The notes beneath the pieces were generated by a model. That model was given only the letters and a program-made list of their open reading frames with translations. It was not told the origin of the DNA and did no database searches. Shown piece after piece: positions 30,040 through 38,048 of a stretch of DNA of 64,000 nt (position 1 is the first letter of the stretch; every line of letters starts with the position of its first letter). Source of the DNA: Caldilineaceae bacterium (lineage in GTDB: Bacteria; Chloroflexota; Anaerolineae; Caldilineales; Caldilineaceae). The position numbers were made by a program, and so were the translations under genes. Location: assembly GCA_965208965.1 (NCBI GenBank), contig OZ242384.1:3745838-3809837 (forward strand), given 5' to 3'.

Positions 30040-30642
30040 TCACGCCTGTGCCGGCGTGATCCACTGGACTGAACTCTTAGGTGTTTCGTGTCTGAGCAGG
30101 CGATCGATCAGTTCGCCAGGTTCCTCTTCGACGACAAGCAGGTTGCGATACCTGGGGGCGATAAACCCCTGATCGATCTGGTGGGCAAGCATCTGCAGGA
30201 GGGAATCGAAAAAGCCGTTGACATTCAGCATGCCCATCGGCTTACTGTGAATGCCCAGCTGGATCCAGGAGATCGTCTCAAACAGCTCTTCCAGCGTGCC
30301 TATGCCTCCAGGCAGGGTGATAAATGCGTCCGCGAGCTCGGCCATGCGGGCCTTGCGCTGGTGCATCGTCTCCACAACCTCGATAATCCCAATGGTCTCC
30401 CCTGCAATCTCCTTCGCTGCCAGGGGGCCCGGTATGATTCCGTAGACTGTCGCGCCGCCGTTGTAAGCTGCCCTGCTGACTGCCCCCATCAGGCCCAGGT
30501 TGCCGCCGCCGTAGACCAGCTCGTACCCTCGCCTGGCGATTTCAGATCCAAGGTCGGCAGCCAGCCGCGAGTAATGTTCGTCGACACCGGCGCTGGACCC
30601 GCAAAAGACGCAGATACGTTCAATCTCGCGCAGTTCGCTCAT
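30040..30642 (-). CDS. LOG family protein (nucleotide 5'-monophosphate N-glycosidase / cytokinin riboside 5'-monophosphate phosphoribohydrolase family)
   Basis: [15 protein letters not shown] and PGGIGTLEE motifs. ATG 30642 overlaps the mtnA stop (ATGA). Confidence 0.9.
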   Translation of the reverse strand: MSELREIERICVFCGSSAGVDEHYSRLAADLGSEIARRGYELVYGGGNLGLMGAVSRAAYNGGATVYGIIPGPLAAKEIAGETIGIIEVVETMHQRKARMAELADAFITLPGGIGTLEELFETISWIQLGIHSKPMGMLNVNGFFDSLLQMLAHQIDQGFIAPRYRNLLVVEEEPGELIDRLLRHETPKSSVQWITPAQA

Positions 30643-31736
30643 GTCACCCTTCTTTCAGACCTCTCCGCCTCGATGGCGGCCCGCCCTCTTTCTACGGCGT
30701 TTCGCAAGCTCTGGTCGAACGGGGGATAACAGATTCCTTCCTCGGTTACGATTCCGGTCAGGTAGCGATGGGGCGTTATGTCGAATGCCGGATTGTATAC
30801 AGGTACGTCGATGGGCGCGACTGCACGTGCACCGACCTCCACCACTTCCTCCGGGCCCCGTTCCTCGATCGGAATGTGGTCACCGTCGGGAAGGTCGAGA
30901 TCGACGGTACTCGTAGGTGCGACGCAGTAGACCGGTATACCGTTCTCTCTGGCAACGACCGCGACTTTGTACGTGCCGATCTTGTTGGCGACGTCGCCGT
31001 TCGCGGCCACACGATCGGCTCCGAAGACGACGACGTCGACCTGACCGGTGCGCATCAGGTGGCCTGCGGCGTTGTCTGCAATGAGATGCATCGGCACCTC
31101 GGCCCGCATCAGCTCCCAGGCGGTCAGCCGGGCACCCTGGAGTCGGGGTCGAGTCTCATCTACCCAGACATGGATGTTCTTGCCCTGTTCCTGGCAGGCA
31201 TAGATGACGCCCAGAGCGGTGCCGAAGTCAACGGTTGCCAGTGAACCGGTGTTGCAGTGGTGGAGAAGATTCGAGCCGTCAGGTATGACTGCCGCGCCGT
31301 TGAAGCCCATGCGCCGGTTTATTCTGACGTCTTCATCGGCCAGCGCTTCGGCCTCGGCCAGCAGGGCCTCCTTCAGCCCGCGGACGCTGCCCTGGCCGGG
31401 CCCTGCTTCACTGGCAATCTGTTCGGCCAGAGTGAGAAGCCTGCGAGTAGCCCAGCTCAGGTTAACGGCAGTCGGCCTTGCCGCGTCCAGCGTTTCCTTT
31501 GCCTGCCGCAGATCGTTGAGCAGGCCCTCGGGATCCCCGGCCTGGCTGAGGTGGGCTGCCAGGGCCATGCCGTAGGCGGCGGTGGCGCCGATGGCCGGCG
31601 CGCCCCTCACGTACATTTCGCTGATGCTGCGCGCGACCTCCGGGACGGTGGCAAATTCGGCGATTACTTCCTCGCCGGGAAGCAGTCGCTGATCGATCAT
31701 CTTTACCTGTCCGTCCCGCCAGTAGACGGTTCGCAT
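30639..31736 (-). CDS. mtnA: S-methyl-5-thioribose-1-phosphate isomerase
   Basis: [22 protein letters not shown]...[13 protein letters not shown]...[18 protein letters not shown] is the eIF-2B/MtnA pattern. GGGAG lies 8 nt upstream of ATG 31736. The TTG at 31757 falls inside the leader terminator U-tract. Confidence 0.9.
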   Translation of the reverse strand: MRTVYWRDGQVKMIDQRLLPGEEVIAEFATVPEVARSISEMYVRGAPAIGATAAYGMALAAHLSQAGDPEGLLNDLRQAKETLDAARPTAVNLSWATRRLLTLAEQIASEAGPGQGSVRGLKEALLAEAEALADEDVRINRRMGFNGAAVIPDGSNLLHHCNTGSLATVDFGTALGVIYACQEQGKNIHVWVDETRPRLQGARLTAWELMRAEVPMHLIADNAAGHLMRTGQVDVVVFGADRVAANGDVANKIGTYKVAVVARENGIPVYCVAPTSTVDLDLPDGDHIPIEERGPEEVVEVGARAVAPIDVPVYNPAFDITPHRYLTGIVTEEGICYPPFDQSLRNAVERGRAAIEAERSERRVT

Positions 31737-31755
31737 AGGTGGAACTCCCTTCGCC

Positions 31756-31789
31756 AAAACGAAACCCCTCCGGGTCGATCCAGAGGGGT
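31756..31789 (-). terminator. intrinsic terminator forming the expression platform of the SAM-I riboswitch
   Basis: Minus-strand RNA: CCCCUCUGG, loop AUCGAC, CCGGAGGGG (9 bp including one G-U), followed by UUUCGUUUU. It lies about 20 nt upstream of the mtnA RBS. Confidence 0.7.
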
Positions 31790-31806
31790 TCTTTTGCGCT
31801 GGACAT

Positions 31807-32024
31807 TCTCATCTCTCGAGCCACACATCACTCGGCGGCATCGGCGCCTTCAGAGGAATCCCAACGGAGCTGACCGGAGATGTCAACCAGGAAGCTGTGC
31901 CTGCAATACCCTAGCCGACCATACGGTGGGGCGTGCCATATTCCGGTCATCAATCGAAAACCGGGACTCCGGCAGGTTGCAGGGGGATCATCGGGCCGGT
32001 CCCTCACCCCACTCTGGATAAGAG
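31807..32024 (-). promoter_or_regulatory. SAM-I (S-box) riboswitch aptamer, unusually long (about 218 nt)
   Basis: Minus-strand RNA: CUCUUAUCCAGAGUGGGGUGAGGGACCGGCCCGAUGAUCCCCCUGCAACC ... GAGAGAUGAGAAU. The 5' half matches the S-box core nearly position for position (UCUUAUC-AGAG-GG-GAGGGA-GGCCCGAUGA-CC-GCAACC). The 3' AGAUGAGA closes P1 with UCUUAUC. Confidence 0.85.
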
Positions 32025-32090
32025 AAGTCAGTTTCAAACGTGCTGTTAGGGGAAGGTTAGCACAGGCTGCTTCCCTGTGTCAAGAGGTGT

Positions 32091-33296
32091 CAATTTTGGT
32101 GTGCATCCCAGATTTGGGGTGGGAACTAAAAGGAAGTGTGAGGCGCGAGGAACGGGAACTACCGGCGCCTCTGCAGCAGATAGGATTGCGTGCTGGCCGC
32201 GGTGTTGTCGTTGGTTGAATCATATGAAAGTTCGTCAACACTTTGGGATTCGTTCATATGTACATGTTGGCTTGCGGGGGCGGGCGGGGAGGCGCGGACT
32301 CTTCCGTTTTGTATAGCTCTTGCGGGGGACGCCAGTTCGTCTTTTCGATGGCTGTGGTCGGTCTTTCGGCGCTGCGGCGGGGCGCCCGAAAGGGGCCGCG
32401 AAGGTGTTGCGTTTTCGGCAAAAGTGATGCATTACTGGTCTTTGGGGTTCTGACCAGAGAGAATAAGGGCAAAAAAAGGGGGAAAAACGGCGCGAAAAAA
32501 ATGCATCAATAGAGATGCATCACTTTTGGTCAAAAATCGGGGGAAATCGAGGTGCCTCGGGAACGTGTTTTCGAGTTGATTTTGGCCGCATAATCGGCGC
32601 AGAATCGCGGTTGTTGGCGGTTGGTGGTTTGTCGAAGGTGTACAGATTTTGTTTATGTTTTGTACAGGTTTTCAAGATTTAGCCGAAGGGAACGCCCCAT
32701 GCCTGGTTGCCTGCCGAAGTATATGAAACGCGTCCAATTTTGGGGTGCATCCAAGATTTGTGATTCTCCAGAGTAGCGGGCTGTGGATCCCGGTATAACT
32801 CCCCAGAATTAGCCTGAATCTCACCCCCATTTTGGACTACACCCCAATTTGGGGAAGTACCCGCAGGAAAGAGTGCATCCCAGCATCGAGGCGGGAGCGG
32901 GCTTGCTTGGAATCGGCGCCGGCGGCGGGCGAATTGGGAACAGGCTTTTTCAGGGATACAGGGCGGGCGAGGATGAACAGAATGGGCACAACGGGCACAA
33001 TAGAGCCGTCACATACCGTTCAGCATGGACGGGCGAGGCCGCGCCCTCGACAACGTCTTCTGCGAACGTCTATGGCGCAGCGTCAAATACGAGAACATCT
33101 ATCTCAACCAGTATGACACCGTACCTCAGCTGCACCTTGGGCTGACCGCCTATTTCAACTTCTACAACCATGAACGACCGCATCAAAGTCTCAACTATCG
33201 CACGCCGGCGGAAGAGCACTTCGTGCTCTGTTCAGAGCCGGCCCTACTCGCCTAGATGCACCTTATTTTTCCCATTTCGTGGTCTAACGATTGGGG
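32091..33296 (+). repeat. four direct copies of a ~27-nt motif (C)CATTTTGG-N9-12-(A)ATTTGGGG
   Basis: A at 32091-32119 is CAATTTTGGTGTGCATCCCAGATTTGGGG. B at 32735-32762 is CAATTTTGGGGTGCATCCAAGATTTGTG. C at 32828-32854 is CCATTTTGGACTACACCCCAATTTGGGG. D at 33272-33296 is CCATTTCGTGGTCTAACGATTGGGG and is more diverged. All four are in the same orientation, in a tract without credible ORFs. Confidence 0.6.
33004..33255 (+). pseudogene. 3' fragment of an IS3-family transposase (orfB, integrase-core C-terminus)
   Basis: ..SRHIPFSMDGRGRALDNVFCERLWRSVKYENIYLNQYDTVPQLHLGLTAYFNFYNHERPHQSLNYRTPAEE is the conserved tail of the IS3-family rve domain. An in-frame stop at 33001-33003 precedes it. No upstream DDE region or orfA is present. 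Confidence 0.75.
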
Positions 33297-33777
33297 CCAA
33301 CCATAGACTATGCTGGGCCCCGCCGGGCCCCACCGTCACGTTTTTCGGCATCTTCCGCTTCAACTCCGCATCACCCACGACCACGACAGACTTTACTGTA
33401 CCTCTCGGTAGCCCGATGCCTGAAATAGCGCCTTCCAACGCACGAACGTGGCCGTGATTCTGCCGCAGCGGGTTCTGAAATCTGACCTTCCTTCCTCTTG
33501 GAAAGACCTGCGTCCAGTTTCGGTCCTGCTCGCTCCCGAAAATCCACCCGGACATGTTTTTCGTTTCCACTACGAATACCCCGAACACCGAAACGAACAC
33601 ATGATCGATCTGCGTCGTGCCGCTTTCTGTCGGAAGTGTCACGTCGTGAAACTGCCGGTACACTGACGACGGCAACATTACCGCCGCTCCGGCCTGCACC
33701 AGCGTCTCACCAATTTTTCCTTTGATCGGCGCCTTTAATGCCGATCCGAGCAACCGCCCCATGCCCTTCATTCGCAT
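33244..33777 (-). CDS. NERD (nuclease-related domain) protein
   Basis: GETLVQAGAAVMLPSSVYRQFHDVTLPTESGTTQIDHVFVSVFGVFVVETKNMSGWIFG...FQNPLRQNHGHVRAL is the NERD pattern. The start may be ATG 33771. The last ~20 codons run into repeat copy D and the IS3 remnant. Confidence 0.75.
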   Translation of the reverse strand: MRMKGMGRLLGSALKAPIKGKIGETLVQAGAAVMLPSSVYRQFHDVTLPTESGTTQIDHVFVSVFGVFVVETKNMSGWIFGSEQDRNWTQVFPRGRKVRFQNPLRQNHGHVRALEGAISGIGLPRGTVKSVVVVGDAELKRKMPKNVTVGPGGAQHSLWLAPIVRPRNGKNKVHLGE

Positions 33778-33840
33778 TCCTTTACTTCTCTTACAACTTC
33801 AATCCCTTTCGCAGTCTTGAAGGCCGAATTCCCTCTCCCC

Positions 33841-34686
33841 TCACTCCGCCAGATTCCCCATCACCGCCAGCGGCGTCGCCGCCAGCAGCCCGCCGTCGAC
33901 CGGCATTACGATCCCCGAAATCCAGCGCGCCTCATCACTGGCAAAGTAGAGCGCCGCATACGCCACATCCCACGCCGTCCCTTCCGTCCCCAGTGGCCCA
34001 ATTTTTCGCCGCCTCTCTCGCTCTTCTATCGAAAACTCAGCAGTGAAAGAGGCATGCACATGCCCGGGCGCCAGGCAGTTCACGCGGATACCCTCCCGCC
34101 CATGATGTACAGCCATCAGCCTTGTCAGTGTAGCCAGCCCACCCTTGGCAACCGAATAGGGGACGTTGATGTAGGCGCCTGCCAAAAGCCCGTCAATCGA
34201 CGAAATGTGAATAATCGACCCGCCCCCGCCCGCAGCCATATGCGGTACCGCATACTTGCAGGCCATCACCGGGCCCTTCAGGTTCACGTCCAAAGCCACA
34301 TTCCAGAGGGCCTCTTCGTAATCCGTAACCTTGCCCCCGCCGACCCCACCGGCATTGTTCACCAGTATATCCAGGCTGCCGTACCGTCCGACACACGCCT
34401 CGGCCAGTTCGCGACAGTCCTCTTCCCTGGTAATGTCCGCTGAGATGAAAAAGGCCTCGCCTCCATGCTCCTTGATGAACTTGATCGTCGCCTTGGCCCT
34501 GTCCTCGTCCAGGTCCGCCACCACCACCCGCGCCCCTTGGCGCGCGAAGAGGACAGCGGTTGCATAGCCTATTCCTAGAGCTGCCCGGCCTCGCGACCCC
34601 GCGCCCGTGACAATCGCCGCCTTGCCTTCCAACCTGTCTCCTTGAGGAGGAAGGCCGCCTGACACAGTCAATTCAGATTTGCTCAT
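33841..34686 (-). CDS. SDR family oxidoreductase
   Basis: AAIVTGAGS..GIG, NNAG and YSVAK motifs. ATG at 34686. Confidence 0.85.
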   Translation of the reverse strand: MSKSELTVSGGLPPQGDRLEGKAAIVTGAGSRGRAALGIGYATAVLFARQGARVVVADLDEDRAKATIKFIKEHGGEAFFISADITREEDCRELAEACVGRYGSLDILVNNAGGVGGGKVTDYEEALWNVALDVNLKGPVMACKYAVPHMAAGGGGSIIHISSIDGLLAGAYINVPYSVAKGGLATLTRLMAVHHGREGIRVNCLAPGHVHASFTAEFSIEERERRRKIGPLGTEGTAWDVAYAALYFASDEARWISGIVMPVDGGLLAATPLAVMGNLAE

Positions 34687-34785
34687 TTGAGTTTCTTCGC
34701 GTAGTAACTGGGGTGGGCAGTGTAACAGTTCCGAGCCTTGCATCCTCTTGCCCGTTCATCGCTGCTCGTTCCCCGATTGTGAGAG

Positions 34786-35616
34786 TCAGATAACATCCGA
34801 CAGGTAGCGGGCCTTCGTGATCTCGACGACCTCATCCGGATCGCGCCGCCACCAGTTGCGCTCCGAGAAAATCTCCACTTCGCGGTAACCGTTGTAACCC
34901 GTCGCCTCCACCAGACGCCGGATGCGCCGGTTGTCGATCACGCCGTCACCCATCATGCCTCGGTCCAACCGCAGGTCGGTCGTATCCATCAGCCAGTCAC
35001 AAACATGGAAGGAAGCGATGCGGCCCGCAGACCGTTCAATTTCACGCTCCATGTTCGGGTCCCACCAGACGTGATAGACATCGACGACGATGCCCAGCTC
35101 TGGACCGGCCCCCAGCGCCTCTATCCAGTCGTTCGCCTGCCCCAAGGTGGACAAACAGGAACGGAACGCACAGATCATCGGGTGCAGCGGTTCCAGCGCC
35201 AGCGTCACGCCGGTCTGTTTCGCATAGGGAAGAAGCGCTGCCAGGCCCTCGAGGCAGCGCGCTCTCGCCGCCGGCAGATCTCTTGACCCCTCAGGTAGCC
35301 CGCCCGCGACGAAAACAATACACTCAGCCCCAAGCTCTGCGGCTTCGTCAATGGCCCGCCTGGACTCGTTCAGATTTGCCTGAAACCGGTCATTGTCCGA
35401 GTCGGTCAGCAAGCCGCAGATGCAGAGACAGGTGACGGTCATATCGTGAGCCTTGAGCCATCGCCCCGCCTCGCCCACGCCCACCTCCTGCAGCTTGTCG
35501 CGAACAATCCCAATCGCATGGACGCCATGCCGCGCATAGCCCTCAATTGCCTGGGGCAAGGACCACTGCTCCAGCGTCGTAAACTGGTTGATTGCGAGTC
35601 TGCTGTAGTCGCTCAT
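34786..35616 (-). CDS. sugar phosphate isomerase/epimerase (xylose isomerase-like TIM barrel)
   Basis: MSDYSRLAINQFTTLEQWSLPQAIEGYARHGVHAIG... and CIVFVAGG...LALEPLHP, typical of the AP_endonuc_2/IolE-like family. Confidence 0.8.
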   Translation of the reverse strand: MSDYSRLAINQFTTLEQWSLPQAIEGYARHGVHAIGIVRDKLQEVGVGEAGRWLKAHDMTVTCLCICGLLTDSDNDRFQANLNESRRAIDEAAELGAECIVFVAGGLPEGSRDLPAARARCLEGLAALLPYAKQTGVTLALEPLHPMICAFRSCLSTLGQANDWIEALGAGPELGIVVDVYHVWWDPNMEREIERSAGRIASFHVCDWLMDTTDLRLDRGMMGDGVIDNRRIRRLVEATGYNGYREVEIFSERNWWRRDPDEVVEITKARYLSDVI

Positions 35617-35768
35617 CCTACGTCTCAAAATGCCAAAGTCATTCTCTATTGTAGATTGATAAGGTATAATGCATCCACATCATAGACTCAATGAATCGAG
35701 TGACAAAACACAAACGTCGGGGCTGTAGTCAGAGGTTCTTTTATGTCACGCATTATAGGGAACCACCT

Positions 35769-37118
35769 ATGACAAACCGGTCGATCCAAATGCCTCTTCC
35801 CCTATCGGGCCATTCGGGTCTTGGAACAAGGGTAGCCAAGTCTATTACAAGGGGCCAGAATTCAGTTGCGCCGCAAGATCGTCCTTTTCACAACTGGTAT
35901 CGCTTCGTTCTGTCGTATCCTCCCCACTTGGTCAGAGAATATCTTGAGGACTTTGGCTTGACAAACGGTGCGACTGTTCTCGACCCATTTTGCGGCACAG
36001 GTACCACAGTAGTTGAGGCGAAATTGCAAGGACTGCAAGGAATAGGGATAGAAGCCAATCCCTTTCCCCATTTTGCTTCATGCGTCAAGACTGACTGGCA
36101 TGTAGATCCGTCTACTTTGCTTGAAACAGCTTCGGAGATTGCACGTGGCGCTAAGAATACTCTGAATGGCCAGGGAATCGATGACGAAATTCATACAGCA
36201 TGTGAAGGCCAAGTTTTGAAGAGGTTACCGCGCGATGCTGAACGCGTACTTATCAAGAATTCCATAAGCCCTCTTCCTCTGCATAAGACATTGACTTTGC
36301 TTGAGAAAATCAATTGCTATAAACACTTCGCTGGACACGGACATCTCTTACTGGCTCTAGGGAATGCCTTGGTCAACAAGATTGGGAATCTCAGATTCGG
36401 GCCCGAAGTAGGTGTAGGCAAGATTAAGCACGATATTCCCGTCGTCTCCCCCTGGTTGGCCGAGGTAGGTGGAATGGCCGCTGATTTGCGCAAAGTTCAA
36501 GGCTTGGATTTTCCCCAAACGACTCTTCACTTGGGGGACGCCAGAAGTCTTTCCCGAATCATCTCGCCGAATTCGGTTGACGCAGTTATCACCTCGCCTC
36601 CCTACCCTAATGAGAAGGATTATACGAGAACAACGCGGCTGGAGTCCGTGCTTTTGGGATTCTATGAAGAAATGGCCCACCTGAGACGCTTCAAGAAGTC
36701 ATTGCTACGTTCCAATACTCGCGGTGTCTACGCAGCCGACGATGATGATGAATGGGTTTCGGGGCATAGTGAAATCCAGCGGATCGCGGAAGAGATTGAG
36801 GAACGAAGGATTTCACTTGGAAAGACGTCTGGATTCGAGAGAATGTACTCGCGAGTAACAAAACTGTATTTTGGAGGAATGACTCGCCACCTTGCCCAGC
36901 TACGAGGCGTTTTGAAGCCTGATGCCCGCCTGGCGTATGTTGTAGGTGACCAAGCGTCTTATCTTCAGGTGATGATTCGTACTGGAGAACTCTTAGCAGA
37001 TGTGGCAAAAAGTCTGGGATATGAACTGGTGCGAATAGATCTCTTTCGAACCAGATTTGCCACCGCCACACTGAGCGACCTGCGTGAGGAAGTAGTCGTG
37101 CTAAAGTGGCCGGGTTGA
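35769..37118 (+). CDS. nucleic-acid (probably DNA N4-C/N6-A) methyltransferase with motif I before motif IV
   Basis: SAM-binding motif VLDPFCGTGTTVVEAKLQGLQGIGIEANP at about aa 70. Catalytic motif VDAVITSPPYPNE about 210 aa later. The gene lies in a visibly low-GC island. TATAAT at 35665-35670. AGGGA lies 9 nt upstream of ATG 35769, preferred over ATG 35691. Confidence 0.7.
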   Translation: MTNRSIQMPLPLSGHSGLGTRVAKSITRGQNSVAPQDRPFHNWYRFVLSYPPHLVREYLEDFGLTNGATVLDPFCGTGTTVVEAKLQGLQGIGIEANPFPHFASCVKTDWHVDPSTLLETASEIARGAKNTLNGQGIDDEIHTACEGQVLKRLPRDAERVLIKNSISPLPLHKTLTLLEKINCYKHFAGHGHLLLALGNALVNKIGNLRFGPEVGVGKIKHDIPVVSPWLAEVGGMAADLRKVQGLDFPQTTLHLGDARSLSRIISPNSVDAVITSPPYPNEKDYTRTTRLESVLLGFYEEMAHLRRFKKSLLRSNTRGVYAADDDDEWVSGHSEIQRIAEEIEERRISLGKTSGFERMYSRVTKLYFGGMTRHLAQLRGVLKPDARLAYVVGDQASYLQVMIRTGELLADVAKSLGYELVRIDLFRTRFATATLSDLREEVVVLKWPG

Positions 37119-37213
37119 CGGTATGAAAACCGTTCCTATCGAATGCAGCATGTATCTTACACTGGCGCTGGAGGCACGTAAACGGGCATGAGCAAGTATG
37201 AACAGGTAATTGA

Positions 37214-37999
37214 ATGGTGTTTCAAAAGAACTTCAATTCTGGCAATGTTCGGGTGAGGTTTACGCGCGAAGAGTTGGTCGAGGCACACGACGCTTTAGGA
37301 TTACCTCGGACGAAAAACATTGGGGACATTCCCTACTCATTTCGCTTTCGTAGAGAGCTGCCCTCTAGTATCCTGGAAACCGCTCCGCAAGATTCTGAGT
37401 GGATTATCGTTGGTGCAGGAATTGCCGAATATCAGTTTCGCCTGTCGATGCCAGGAAAAATTGTACCTACACTGCACTACTACCCAATTAAGATCCCGGA
37501 CGCAACACCTGAAATTGTCAGGCACTACGCGTCTGGTACGGATGAACAGGCTCTTCTGACTCAGGTGCGATACAATCGCCTAGTTGACGTCTTTACAGGG
37601 TTGACCTGCTATTCAGTACAAAACCATCTGAGGACCACAGTGCCAAGTATTGGCCAAGTAGAAGTAGACGAAATCTATGTAGGTTTGAACATGCGAGGAA
37701 CACATTTCGTGCTTCCGTGCCAAGCAAAGTCGAAAGGCGACAGATTTGGAATCGCGCAGGTCATGCAGGATATTGAACTGTGCGAGGACAGATATCCAAA
37801 CGCAATTTGTCGTCCGATTGCGCTTCAATTTGTGGAGGAGAACAATGTCGCGGTCTTAGAACTGGCAGTGCGTGAAGAAGATGACATTCATAGACTTAAC
37901 ATCGTTGAAGAAAGGCAATACTTGCTGGTTCCTCGATCAGAAATCTCTGAAAGCGATCTGAGAATGCTTAAGGATATCGAGCCGACCTACTCCGCTTAA
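37214..37999 (+). CDS. hypothetical protein, candidate PD-(D/E)xK-type restriction endonuclease partner
   Basis: It starts 95 nt downstream of the methyltransferase on the same strand and has the same low GC. ...IGQVEVDEIYVGLNMRGTHFVLPCQAKSK... has the spacing of a D...(E/Q)xK nuclease core. I recognise no family, so the confidence refers to the gene being real. The nuclease call itself is about 0.35. Confidence 0.7.
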   Translation: MVFQKNFNSGNVRVRFTREELVEAHDALGLPRTKNIGDIPYSFRFRRELPSSILETAPQDSEWIIVGAGIAEYQFRLSMPGKIVPTLHYYPIKIPDATPEIVRHYASGTDEQALLTQVRYNRLVDVFTGLTCYSVQNHLRTTVPSIGQVEVDEIYVGLNMRGTHFVLPCQAKSKGDRFGIAQVMQDIELCEDRYPNAICRPIALQFVEENNVAVLELAVREEDDIHRLNIVEERQYLLVPRSEISESDLRMLKDIEPTYSA

Positions 38000-38048
38000 T
38001 CTCGCCGATCAATCCGGTATTTGCCCCAACGATTGCTCCACAATTACC

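Noticed and set aside
31828-32037. 69-aa minus-strand ORF (and 31880..32218 on the plus strand)
   Set aside because: It lies entirely within the SAM-I riboswitch aptamer and leader.
32078-32093. Tandem TTGACA hexamers (minus strand) as the riboswitch promoter
   Set aside because: The best -10 candidates at 17-18 nt spacing are CTAACC and TAACCT (3/6 or fewer), which is too weak to call. The real promoter may be elsewhere in the repeat tract.
33025-33255. 76-aa ORF as an intact gene
   Set aside because: It is only the C-terminal tail of an IS3-family integrase core. An in-frame stop lies 8 codons upstream of its Met, and the catalytic DDE region is absent.
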